The position numbers and the translations under genes were made by a program. Under the pieces are notes generated by a model. It had not been told where the DNA came from and ran no database searches. It worked only from the letters and a program-made list of their open reading frames with translations. A stretch of DNA of 34,696 nt from a virus (taxonomy: Duplodnaviria; Caudoviricetes). Numbering within the stretch: the stretch's first letter is position 1; each line of letters opens with the position of its first letter. The stretch lies in the IMG/VR virus record IMGVR_UViG_3300030095_003569, positions 1 through 34,696 of that record; one strand, 5' to 3'. Positions 27,198 to 34,689 of the stretch are shown one piece after another.

Positions 27198-28797
27198 CCT
27201 CGGTCATTCTGCCTGTTTCTTTGTTCCATTGCAGCCAACAACAAGGACCGGTTTCTCCAGAAAATCTATTCTTTAAAACTCTTATGCTCGTTGTATTTCT
27301 AACTTCTTCTTTTTGATGTTGTCCGTTTCGTTCTAAAGAAAACACCATATCACTTAACTGTGCAATACCTGCTGAACCTCTTAACTGTGAGAGACTAACT
27401 GTTGCCCCCTCTTCATGTCCAGAATCAGAAGTACCTCTTCTTAAATGAGAGACAATCATAAGATGAATCTTTTGTTCTTGTACAAGCATTCTTAATTTAG
27501 TCATACATTCATCAATGGCTTTTCTTTCATCTCCATTCTCCATTGCAGAGACTACCATAGATAAATGATCAAGTATAATATATCTACAATCCAATCCACT
27601 AGCTAGGTATTGAACCTTTGAAACAATGTTTGATATATCAGTAGAACCAAAATGATCCCACAATCTAACTCTTCCTGTTCCTAATGTTTGTTCCCAAGAA
27701 ATCCTTTTCTCTTCTTCGGTAGCTTCACAAGTAGGTAGATGATAAGGTTTACATCCATGTACAGACATTAAACCTTTAGCCGTTCTCTCTACAGACTCTT
27801 CAAGAAATAAACATCCTACAGATTCTGTTGTGTTTTTAATAATGTGATATGCTAACTCTCTCATCACACTTGATTTACCAATGCCTGATCCTGCCGTAAA
27901 AGTACACAGTTCTCCAAGTCGCATACCATAAGTAATCTTATTCATACCCTCCCAAGGATAGGAAAGACTTACAATTTCTTTTTCGTTCTTTACTAACTCC
28001 CAAGTTTCTTCTCCGAGAATAATACCCTCTGGAGTAAACACTTTGGCATCCCACCACAGATTAACAAATTCTTTTCTTTTATTGTGTAAAAGATATTCGT
28101 TTGCATCTTTAAGATTCATGCTCATAATCTTAACTTTTTTAGGAGGAAACAATTCAGCAACTTTTCTAGCTGCCTCTTGTCCTTGACTATCCATATCAAA
28201 ACAAAGAGTAATGTTTTCAAAACTATTTATAAATTCAAAGTTTCGTTTACAATCATTTACGGCTCCTTGAGAACCTGTCTTGATACTGACATGAGAATAC
28301 TTCTGTCCAAACATTTCATAACAAGCCATGGCATCACACTCTCCCTCAGTAATGGTTAAGTATTTACCTCCCTCGTTAAAGATGTTCTGACCAAACAATA
28401 TGCTTTTAGGTAAACTACCCTCGGCATGAAATGTTTTATCTTCTGTTCTTCGAATCTTTTTTGCAATCGGTCTATTGTTTCTATCAAAGTATGGATAGAT
28501 GTGGTGAGTAATATCTCTGCCACTTCCTCTAACTGTTACTCCGTATCTCATTGCCGTTTCTCTAGAGATACCTCTGTCAAACAAATCACTAAAGTGTGAG
28601 TTGTTCGGACTTGGGTTAATGGGTGGTTGAATTTTAGATGTTACAGTTCCAACTTCATTCGGATCAATCTTGGCATATGTATTACAACTAAAGCAATAAC
28701 TTGTGTTGTCATCATATATAGCATTGGCATCCGAAGAACCACAATTATTACATGAGGTATGCTCTACGAATCGGGCTTTGGGTTTATTTGTATTCAT
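27142..28797 (-). CDS. Primase/helicase (T7 gp4-like)
   Basis: Zn finger CNNC...CFSC, TOPRIM TEGECDA and CFDMD, Walker A AGSGIGKS, ILDHL, LRGSAGIAQLSD, KNRFSGETG; SD AGGAG. Confidence 0.95.
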   Translation of the reverse strand: MNTNKPKARFVEHTSCNNCGSSDANAIYDDNTSYCFSCNTYAKIDPNEVGTVTSKIQPPINPSPNNSHFSDLFDRGISRETAMRYGVTVRGSGRDITHHIYPYFDRNNRPIAKKIRRTEDKTFHAEGSLPKSILFGQNIFNEGGKYLTITEGECDAMACYEMFGQKYSHVSIKTGSQGAVNDCKRNFEFINSFENITLCFDMDSQGQEAARKVAELFPPKKVKIMSMNLKDANEYLLHNKRKEFVNLWWDAKVFTPEGIILGEETWELVKNEKEIVSLSYPWEGMNKITYGMRLGELCTFTAGSGIGKSSVMRELAYHIIKNTTESVGCLFLEESVERTAKGLMSVHGCKPYHLPTCEATEEEKRISWEQTLGTGRVRLWDHFGSTDISNIVSKVQYLASGLDCRYIILDHLSMVVSAMENGDERKAIDECMTKLRMLVQEQKIHLMIVSHLRRGTSDSGHEEGATVSLSQLRGSAGIAQLSDMVFSLERNGQHQKEEVRNTTSIRVLKNRFSGETGPCCWLQWNKETGRMTEVEDPKSKTKKNDDEDFNV

Positions 28798-28820
28798 TCT
28801 TTTGTCTCCTAGTTGTATAA

Positions 28821-29072
28821 ACTCTTGGTTCCCGGGGTTGGTTAACCGAGAGTCTAATCCCTATATTAATAATTTAATTAAGGGGGGTTGTCAATATGTT
28901 ATTCTCGTGTTATCTTCGGTTTATTAACCGAGGGGGAGTAATATATTAATATATATATTAATGTATGTATTAATGTATGTATTAACTGTTTATTAACTGT
29001 TAACTTAATATATATATTACTACCTATATTACTACCTATATTACTATCTATATTATATAATATATTAATTAA
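28821..29072. other. Putative replication origin region
   Basis: Non-coding. Two hairpins sharing AACCGAG (28821-53, 28914-33), then ~130 nt of very AT-rich DNA with short tandem repeats. Confidence 0.5.
28866..28894 (-). promoter_or_regulatory. Sigma70-type promoter for primase-polymerase operon
   Basis: TTGACA, 17 nt, TATTAA; same hexamers and spacing as the ssb promoter. Confidence 0.7.
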
Positions 29073-29602
29073 TTTACCTCTTCCTGTTTGTGTTTTTTCT
29101 TGTTCAATCCTTTAAAATTGACAGTTACTCCATGACAATTACGACATCTGATTTCAACATTGCTTAATCTGTTGTTGCAAGGGTTTCCGTCAATATGATG
29201 TATCTCATGCGACACCTTATGACCCTCTTTGGTCATCGTGCCTAACTTACAAACTGTACAAAACCATTTATCCATTTTTTTAAAGTAACGAATTAAAGTT
29301 CTTTTTGCACCAACAGAGCTTCCCATAAGTTCATCGTTTTCAATCGATTCTTTACGAAGTTTCCATCTATGGTTTTGATTGCAAGTCATATTACAATACT
29401 TGTTTAAGGTGTTAGATTTTTTAGAATTGATTTTCCCACACGATAAACATTGAAATGTACCACGATCCATCTTTTTTCTTTTCGGATTCTTATGGTTGTT
29501 CACAATCGCAGAACATCGGTTAGAACAATATTTTTTTTGGTGTCGTTTAAGCAACAGATTATCACACCCATCCCTAATACAGACTTTAATGTTTAATACC
29601 AT
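29069..29602 (-). CDS. HNH endonuclease with N-terminal Cys-rich repeats
   Basis: HEIHHIDGNPCNNRLSNVEIRCRNCH; KYCSNRC and KYCNMTC repeats. Confidence 0.85.
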   Translation of the reverse strand: MVLNIKVCIRDGCDNLLLKRHQKKYCSNRCSAIVNNHKNPKRKKMDRGTFQCLSCGKINSKKSNTLNKYCNMTCNQNHRWKLRKESIENDELMGSSVGAKRTLIRYFKKMDKWFCTVCKLGTMTKEGHKVSHEIHHIDGNPCNNRLSNVEIRCRNCHGVTVNFKGLNKKKHKQEEVN

Positions 29603-29617
29603 AGTGCTAACAATCCA

Positions 29618-29818
29618 TTATTCTGTATCACAAGGTTTTTCAACATCACGATTTCGATATGAATCTAATCCAATTAATCTGGATTCATAGTTGGATGCAT
29701 TCGTTTCTTTAAGGATATTCGCAGCATCCTTACGATTGATATACCCTTGGACATACCGAGAGTATGTTTGTTCAATTAATTCGAGTCGTTCTTTTGGATT
29801 TAAATCTTTTTTAACCAT
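29618..29818 (-). CDS. Hypothetical protein
   Basis: GAGG SD; overlaps upstream gene. Confidence 0.6.
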   Translation of the reverse strand: MVKKDLNPKERLELIEQTYSRYVQGYINRKDAANILKETNASNYESRLIGLDSYRNRDVEKPCDTE

Positions 29819-30140
29819 ATTTTTTAACCTCTGTCACAACACGATTCATTAATTTATGGTCATAACCTTTAACAATCCAGGATTTAACATCTTTTATAAA
29901 AGTATTAAAATAATGAGAATCCTTAGAACAGATAACAACTTGGCTAAAAAGACTCGTGGAGTCGAATTGTATTCTCCAATGGTTATCTGAGTTAGGAGAG
30001 CCAAAAACTCTCTCCAAGGTCTTATAATCGGCTTTTAAAGTACCTAATAATGTATGACTATGTCCAATCATCATAACATCGTTATGAGTTACAAAATTAG
30101 CTTTATCATGTTTGTGTATAATCTTTCTTATTTTTGTCAT
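29811..30140 (-). CDS. Hypothetical protein
   Basis: AAGGAG SD; TAATG-coupled. Confidence 0.65.
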   Translation of the reverse strand: MTKIRKIIHKHDKANFVTHNDVMMIGHSHTLLGTLKADYKTLERVFGSPNSDNHWRIQFDSTSLFSQVVICSKDSHYFNTFIKDVKSWIVKGYDHKLMNRVVTEVKKYG

Positions 30141-30340
30141 TAGTGAAGCTCCTTTTTAAGTAATGGGTTTCTAAATATATTATCAAATAATTGATCAACT
30201 GTCTCAGAAAAATCATCTTGTGACTTACATTTTATAACTTGAATTTGACCTACAAGTAATCTAAACTTGTGAACATTAGCAATTAACTCTAATTGTTCAA
30301 CTTCACTTAGTATCTCGTAATCGTAATCTGCTTTAGCCAT
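30140..30340 (-). CDS. Hypothetical protein
   Basis: AGGAGGT SD; TAATG-coupled. Confidence 0.65.
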   Translation of the reverse strand: MAKADYDYEILSEVEQLELIANVHKFRLLVGQIQVIKCKSQDDFSETVDQLFDNIFRNPLLKKELH

Positions 30341-30504
30341 TAGTCACCTCCTTTCTTTATCATGGTGTAATAATCTAAATAATCTTTAGGCACTTTAATA
30401 GTCGCACCACTACTTGTAGTAGCCTTATGTCCATTCACATCACAGATGTAATGATCCTCTGTAATGTATTCTATTTTACTAGGTGGTGTTAATCCCCATT
30501 TCAT
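30340..30504 (-). CDS. Hypothetical 54-aa protein (not in ORF track)
   Basis: MKWGLTPPSKIEYITEDHYICDVNGHKATTSSGATIKVPKDYLDYYTMIKKGGD*; GAGGAGG SD; TAATG overlap at both ends. Confidence 0.7.
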   Translation of the reverse strand: MKWGLTPPSKIEYITEDHYICDVNGHKATTSSGATIKVPKDYLDYYTMIKKGGD

Positions 30505-30716
30505 TAGCCATCCTCCTCTATAAATAAGTGTCCTCCGTTATTACCCTCTTCGTCTTGGCTAACAGATACTTTAATTGTCTTCCCTGCTTTCTTCATAGTA
30601 AAAGTTGGAAATATAATATCATCATCATATGGATCACTTTCTAAATTAAAATCAATCACAGTATATCCTCTTAACTGATTATAATATTTCTTTGCAAATT
30701 TTTCGTAAGGTGTCAT
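30504..30716 (-). CDS. Hypothetical protein
   Basis: AAGGAG SD; SQDEEGNNGGHLFI. Confidence 0.65.
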   Translation of the reverse strand: MTPYEKFAKKYYNQLRGYTVIDFNLESDPYDDDIIFPTFTMKKAGKTIKVSVSQDEEGNNGGHLFIEEDG

Positions 30717-30997
30717 TAGTCGTCTCCTTTTCTTGGGTTAGGTTTAGGTGTTGGCATGTTACAACTCTTAGTCAAGATTCGTTCATCACATTTGTGATTC
30801 GGCTGCCGATGTTTCCATACCTCATTCGTGATACAGATATATCCTTGGTTATTAGTGATACCTAATTTATCTACGGCTCTTTCGATAACATCTTCAGCAT
30901 GATCGATACATGAGGGAATCTTGCCTATGTATCGTTCAGAATAAGATCCATCTGGATTGCCTAAGAGCATGAGTAAAACAAAGCTTTCATTAATCAT
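30716..30997 (-). CDS. Hypothetical protein (93 aa, start revised to MINESF)
   Basis: AAGGAGAC SD precedes ATG 30997; the upstream part of the track ORF is occupied by a different-frame gene. Confidence 0.6.
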   Translation of the reverse strand: MINESFVLLMLLGNPDGSYSERYIGKIPSCIDHAEDVIERAVDKLGITNNQGYICITNEVWKHRQPNHKCDERILTKSCNMPTPKPNPRKGDD

Positions 30998-31106
30998 TAG
31001 TCGTCTCCTTTTCTTTACTACAAAGTTCACATAGATCGTATCCATCATAAGGTGGTTCATCTCTGTGAAATAAATCGTTACAGTTAATACATTCATAGTC
31101 ACCCAT
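30990..31106 (-). CDS. 38-aa zinc-finger-like microprotein (not in ORF track)
   Basis: MGDYECINCNDLFHRDEPPYDGYDLCELCSKEKETTND*; two CxxC pairs; AAGGAG SD; TAATG-coupled to upstream gene. Confidence 0.7.
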   Translation of the reverse strand: MGDYECINCNDLFHRDEPPYDGYDLCELCSKEKETTND

Positions 31107-31330
31107 TACTCACTCCTTTCTTCGCATTGTTGTTTCCACATAACATAGTCTTGTCCATTAGGGTCTGTCAGCTTAAACAGAGTTGGATCTGTAATGGTCG
31201 TTCTCTTGCCATACTCCCAAGTACAATCAAAGTTATGATTCATATAATCTTTTTGTACATAGAAGTCTTTGTTAAAGAACTCAATCGTTCCTTTAACAAT
31301 CGATACGGCAGTTATTAGTTCTATAATCAT
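31106..31330 (-). CDS. Hypothetical protein
   Basis: AAGGAGAC SD. Confidence 0.65.
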   Translation of the reverse strand: MIIELITAVSIVKGTIEFFNKDFYVQKDYMNHNFDCTWEYGKRTTITDPTLFKLTDPNGQDYVMWKQQCEERSE

Positions 31331-31349
31331 TAGTTGTCTCCTTTTAAGG

Positions 31350-31436
31350 TTAAAAAATTAAAGTTAGTAGTAAAAACCATATTATTGATATGGTTAAAAC
31401 AAAGAGAGTTATTTTTTTTAAAAACTCCATCGTCAT
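31350..31436 (-). CDS. 28-aa single-TM microprotein (not in ORF track)
   Basis: MTMEFLKKITLFVLTISIIWFLLLTLIF*; AAAGGAG SD; directly downstream of the 34-bp element. Confidence 0.6.
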   Translation of the reverse strand: MTMEFLKKITLFVLTISIIWFLLLTLIF

Positions 31437-31448
31437 TTCTCCTTTCAT

Positions 31449-31482
31449 TTGCTTACTTACTTAATTAACTATCATCAAAAAA
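31449..31482 (-). repeat. 34-bp dispersed repeat, copy 1
   Basis: TTGCTTACTTACTTAATTAACTATCATCAAAAAA (+ strand), identical at 34589 and 34656. Confidence 0.95.
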
Positions 31483-31501
31483 TATTTTTGAAATTGAAGC
31501 T

Positions 31502-31723
31502 TCAAATTTCATCATCTTTTTTAAAAACTTCTAAAAAACGAATTTGAGATTTTACAAGCAAATCAACATTATCTTTTCTCAAATATTTTTTTGTGATTCT
31601 CCAAGTATATCCATACTCTTTACTAAACCTTTCAATTAATTCTTTGTTATCTTCAATAACACGAGAATCTGAATTTAATATCTTTTCTAAACGAAAAGGT
31701 AAAAGATCAATTATTTTTGTCAT
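31502..31723 (-). CDS. Hypothetical protein
   Basis: AAGGAG SD; ATGA overlap with the MTase stop. Confidence 0.6.
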   Translation of the reverse strand: MTKIIDLLPFRLEKILNSDSRVIEDNKELIERFSKEYGYTWRITKKYLRKDNVDLLVKSQIRFLEVFKKDDEI

Positions 31724-32781
31724 AGTTCTCCTTTCTCTAATTTATAAATTCTAGTACCAATCCATTTCATAACATTGGTTGTCATTGAATTACCTAATGC
31801 TTTATATCTAGGACTCATTGGACAATCTTCTTTAGATTTTCCTTTATAGGGAATCTGAGTGTAATTATCTTCAAAACCTTGAAGTCTTTCACACTCTATT
31901 GGAGTTAACTTTCTAACTCTCCAATTTTCTTCTGTAACTAAAGATTGATTGTTACCCCCTACACCCCAACTTGATGTAATGGTTTGACCTACTCCGTTAA
32001 GTTCTTTGAATCTTGTATCTTGACCATGATTCTCATAAACTTTTTTTTCACAAATTAAATTACCATGATTAGGTAGGTTGTCTGTTGCTACTCCTTTGTA
32101 GTCTCTTGCACAGAGGGTGTTGGCAGTTGTTGAGCCATGAATTTCAAAGCTTTCTCCAAATTGTTTGGAATCGTTTTTCCTCTCTTTTTTGCTCTTTTTA
32201 ATATTCCCACACAAGCTTTCTGACTCAAATAATATTTGGGTTGCACTTCTGAAGTCGTCTCCAAGACATCCAACAACAAAGACTCTTCTTCTTCGTTGGG
32301 GTACTCCAAAGTATTGAGAGTCAAGAATTCTCCACGACAAACCATACCCCCATTCTGCCAACGATGTGAGGAAACATTGGAAGTCTTTCCCTTGGTTACT
32401 TGTAAGGACTCCTCCGACATTTTCCCATACGACATATTTGGGTTTAATTCTTTTAATAAGTTGAACAAATCCAAGACAGAGATTTCCTCTTGGGTCTTCA
32501 AGCCCTTTTCTAAGTCCACTAACTGAGAAACTTTGGCATGGGGTTCCTCCCACAAGAATGTCAATTGCTCCATATTCTTCTCCTTTAATTGTTGTAAAAT
32601 CTCCATGCAATGGAACATGAGGATAATGATGTTTTAAAACTTCTCTAGGAAATTCTTCAATTTCACTAAAAAATTTAGGTTTAAATAAATCTTTCCAAGC
32701 AACACTTACAGATTCAATTCCACTACATACTGACCCATAGGTTAAAGGTTTATCTTTATACATATTCATCACTATTTTCAT
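31720..32781 (-). CDS. DNA (cytosine-5)-methyltransferase
   Basis: Motif I variant SVCSGI, IV GGTPCQSFS, VI WENV, VIII QRRRRVF, IX RKLTPIECERLQGF, X YKALGNS. Confidence 0.93.
   Translation of the reverse strand: MKIVMNMYKDKPLTYGSVCSGIESVSVAWKDLFKPKFFSEIEEFPREVLKHHYPHVPLHGDFTTIKGEEYGAIDILVGGTPCQSFSVSGLRKGLEDPRGNLCLGFVQLIKRIKPKYVVWENVGGVLTSNQGKDFQCFLTSLAEWGYGLSWRILDSQYFGVPQRRRRVFVVGCLGDDFRSATQILFESESLCGNIKKSKKERKNDSKQFGESFEIHGSTTANTLCARDYKGVATDNLPNHGNLICEKKVYENHGQDTRFKELNGVGQTITSSWGVGGNNQSLVTEENWRVRKLTPIECERLQGFEDNYTQIPYKGKSKEDCPMSPRYKALGNSMTTNVMKWIGTRIYKLEKGEL
32088..32573 (-). CDS. Nested alternative-frame gene, M.EcoHK31I beta-polypeptide-like (161 aa)
   Basis: AAAGGAG SD 6 nt before ATG 32573. 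Long stop-free alternative frame in AT-rich DNA. RWQNGGMVCRGEFLTLNTLEYP..EEES.L.DVLET and YYLSQKAC.GILKRAKKRGK.IP motifs. Confidence 0.75.
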   Translation of the reverse strand: MEQLTFLWEEPHAKVSQLVDLEKGLKTQEEISVLDLFNLLKELNPNMSYGKMSEESLQVTKGKTSNVSSHRWQNGGMVCRGEFLTLNTLEYPNEEEESLLLDVLETTSEVQPKYYLSQKACVGILKRAKKRGKTIPNNLEKALKFMAQQLPTPSVQETTKE

Positions 32782-32938
32782 ATTTAGTTTTATAAAATGT
32801 TAATGAAGATTTTATTAATTGATAACATAAATTAAATTCTTCATCTTCTTGAAAAAGATGTAAATTATTTTTCATTACATTTAATTGATTTTTTAAATTT
32901 TGATATTCTGTAATATCATTTATTAATCTAAAATTCAT
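32756..32938 (-). CDS. Hypothetical protein
   Basis: TAAGGAG SD supports ATG 32938 (MNFRLI) rather than the track start 32995. Confidence 0.55.
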   Translation of the reverse strand: MNFRLINDITEYQNLKNQLNVMKNNLHLFQEDEEFNLCYQLIKSSLTFYKTKYENSDEYV

Positions 32939-32970
32939 TTTTATACTCCTTATATAATTGTTGTTGATAA

Positions 32971-33162
32971 TCAATTTTTCTTTATCTGAATACAAGTAAC
33001 TTGTTCATCAATGATGTCAGTAGGCAAACCTTTATTTAACTCTTTATAATCGCCATCAATCCATTTTTCTTCTACTTCAGATGGATCATATGCTTTAACT
33101 TCAAACTTCCACTCTGCACGAGCCAAGGTTGTAACGATAAAAGTTTTTAATTGTTTATTCAT
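32971..33162 (-). CDS. Hypothetical protein
   Basis: Tightly packed in the early operon. Confidence 0.6.
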   Translation of the reverse strand: MNKQLKTFIVTTLARAEWKFEVKAYDPSEVEEKWIDGDYKELNKGLPTDIIDEQVTCIQIKKN

Positions 33163-33164
33163 TT

Positions 33165-33458
33165 TTACTCTCTCGGTTGGGGGTTTAATTTTTCAAGTAA
33201 TTCTAAAACTACATTAAAATTATCAGTTAGTAAAAGAGGGTTAACACCTTCTCCATATTCTTTTTCTTTTGTAACTGCAAATCTGTAAGTATCTTGTCCA
33301 TTTTCTCTTTGTTGATAATCTATATGGTCTATCCAAATTTGATAACCTTTATAGGCAAAACTTGGACAAACATCATTTGAATAAGAGATGTCCTCCCATT
33401 TTTTTGGAATTTTTAGATCACTTACACAATCATCAAAAAATGTAATTGTATGCACCAT
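33165..33458 (-). CDS. Hypothetical protein
   Basis: GGGGAG SD; WEDISYSNDVCPSF. Confidence 0.65.
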   Translation of the reverse strand: MVHTITFFDDCVSDLKIPKKWEDISYSNDVCPSFAYKGYQIWIDHIDYQQRENGQDTYRFAVTKEKEYGEGVNPLLLTDNFNVVLELLEKLNPQPRE

Positions 33459-33610
33459 TATTCTCCCCTTTCTTCAAAAAGTTCTACTACTTTATTATTT
33501 ATAAATTCAAAAAATTCTTTTGAATTTTCTTTTAATCCTTGTTCAAGTGCTAGGTCGTATGCTTGTTCGCCGATCTCTTCTAAAATTTGATCATTTATTG
33601 GGTGACTCAT
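33458..33610 (-). CDS. 50-aa acidic protein (not in ORF track)
   Basis: MSHPINDQILEEIGEQAYDLALEQGLKENSKEFFEFINNKVVELFEERGE*; ATGA and TAATG overlaps fill the gap exactly. Confidence 0.7.
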   Translation of the reverse strand: MSHPINDQILEEIGEQAYDLALEQGLKENSKEFFEFINNKVVELFEERGE

Positions 33611-33918
33611 ATTCCTAACCCTCCACTTACATAATTACCATCATCTTCTTCAGAGTTATCTTCACATAGTGTTTCCATAGTTACAACTTCTGTATCTAAT
33701 GTATTAGAAACTTCATCTATTTCACATGATAAGTCTAGCAAACTGTCATTAATTGATTCAGTGGCACTTTTAATGTTTTCAATTTTTTCATCTCCTAAGT
33801 TACTAAGATTAGAACGAACAGAATCTAAACTTAAATAAATTCTGTCTAATTCATTTCTAACTGTTCTACATAAATCTATGTAGTTTTTTCTTTCTTGGTT
33901 TATTATTTTAATGCTCAT
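33607..33918 (-). CDS. Acidic coiled-coil hypothetical protein
   Basis: AAGGAGAC SD; heptad-like pattern; D/E-rich C-terminus. Confidence 0.65.
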   Translation of the reverse strand: MSIKIINQERKNYIDLCRTVRNELDRIYLSLDSVRSNLSNLGDEKIENIKSATESINDSLLDLSCEIDEVSNTLDTEVVTMETLCEDNSEEDDGNYVSGGLGI

Positions 33919-33959
33919 AATTAGTCTCCTTTATGATGTTAAGTATTATTAATATATTC

Positions 33960-33987
33960 AGTATAAATCATTAAATCGTTAATTCAA
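33960..33987 (-). promoter_or_regulatory. Sigma70-type early promoter
   Basis: TTGAAT, 16 nt, TATACT. Confidence 0.6.
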
Positions 33988-34004
33988 GAGTTATTTTATT
34001 TTCT

Positions 34005-34041
34005 AAAAAAATCCTCATCAAAATTAATCAATGAGGATTTT
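34005..34041 (-). terminator. Intrinsic terminator
   Basis: AAAATCCTCAT (34008-18) / ATGAGGATTTT (34031-41) with U-run on the - strand, just after the 34065 stop. Confidence 0.7.
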
Positions 34042-34064
34042 AGGGGAGGAACTTTGAATTACTT

Positions 34065-34478
34065 TTAAGCTACCTTTTCTTTTTTTCCAAAAAGTTCTTG
34101 GGCATTTTCTTTTGATATTACATAGTGTTTACCATTTCTTTTATCTTCCATAACAAAAGGATTTTTTCTTGCTCTTCTTCTGTAACCTATAATTTTATAG
34201 GTTGGGTTCTCTTTATTAATATCTAAATTATATAATTTAGCAAAAGCTTTTAAATCTCTTAATTCACGAGAATCTGTTCCTTTTATTTTAAATTCAACTT
34301 TAAATGTAGCTAATCCGTTTGGATCATATGTACAATTACCAAATTTAATATCAAATTGTTTGAGTAACTCTCTATCTTCTTTTGCTTGGTGTTGTTGTTC
34401 ACCTAATTGAGCTAAAGAAAATAAATTATTAGAAATCGTTCTAAGTCTTTTTAATGTTGTATTGTTTAAAGTTTCCAT
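34065..34478 (-). CDS. Hypothetical early protein
   Basis: TAAGGAGAC SD; YKIIGYRRRARKNPF; own promoter and terminator. Confidence 0.7.
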   Translation of the reverse strand: METLNNTTLKRLRTISNNLFSLAQLGEQQHQAKEDRELLKQFDIKFGNCTYDPNGLATFKVEFKIKGTDSRELRDLKAFAKLYNLDINKENPTYKIIGYRRRARKNPFVMEDKRNGKHYVISKENAQELFGKKEKVA

Positions 34479-34524
34479 AATATTGTCTCCTTATATGAAA
34501 TTATTTAGTATTATTAACACTTTC

Positions 34525-34554
34525 ATTTTAACATTTTTTTTATAAATTTTTCAA
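34525..34554 (-). promoter_or_regulatory. Sigma70-type early promoter (extended -10)
   Basis: TTGAAA, 18 nt, TAAAAT preceded by TGt. Confidence 0.55.
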
Positions 34555-34588
34555 GTCTTTTTTATCTTTTTTTTAATTATTTTTTAAC

Positions 34589-34689
34589 TTGCTTACTTAC
34601 TTAATTAACTATCATCAAAAAAATTTAAAATGCACTTCAGAAGCTCCGTAATGACTTGCTTACTTACTTAATTAACTATCATCAAAAAA
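34589..34689 (-). repeat. 34-bp dispersed repeat, copies 2 (34589-34622) and 3 (34656-34689)
   Basis: Identical to 31449-31482; separated by 33 nt. Confidence 0.95.

Noticed and set aside
30998-31102. N-terminal 35 aa of track ORF 30716-31102
   Set aside because: The interval is better explained by the 38-aa CxxC gene in another frame, and a strong SD precedes ATG 30997.
662-32526. Other short antisense or out-of-frame track ORFs (e.g. 662-862, 3096-3335, 9793-10077, 21188-21418, 23267-23518, 28703-28927, 32236-32526)
   Set aside because: Shadows of longer well-supported genes, without SDs or recognisable motifs.
32574-32618. Track start (MFHC...) of the nested ORF
   Set aside because: The ATG at 32573 has the strong SD.
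34589-34689. Two 34-bp repeats separated by 33 nt resemble a mini CRISPR array
   Set aside because: Only two adjacent copies at the window edge, a third isolated copy 3 kb away in front of an SD, AT-rich sequence and no cas operon. A regulatory repeat fits better, though sequence beyond the edge should be checked.
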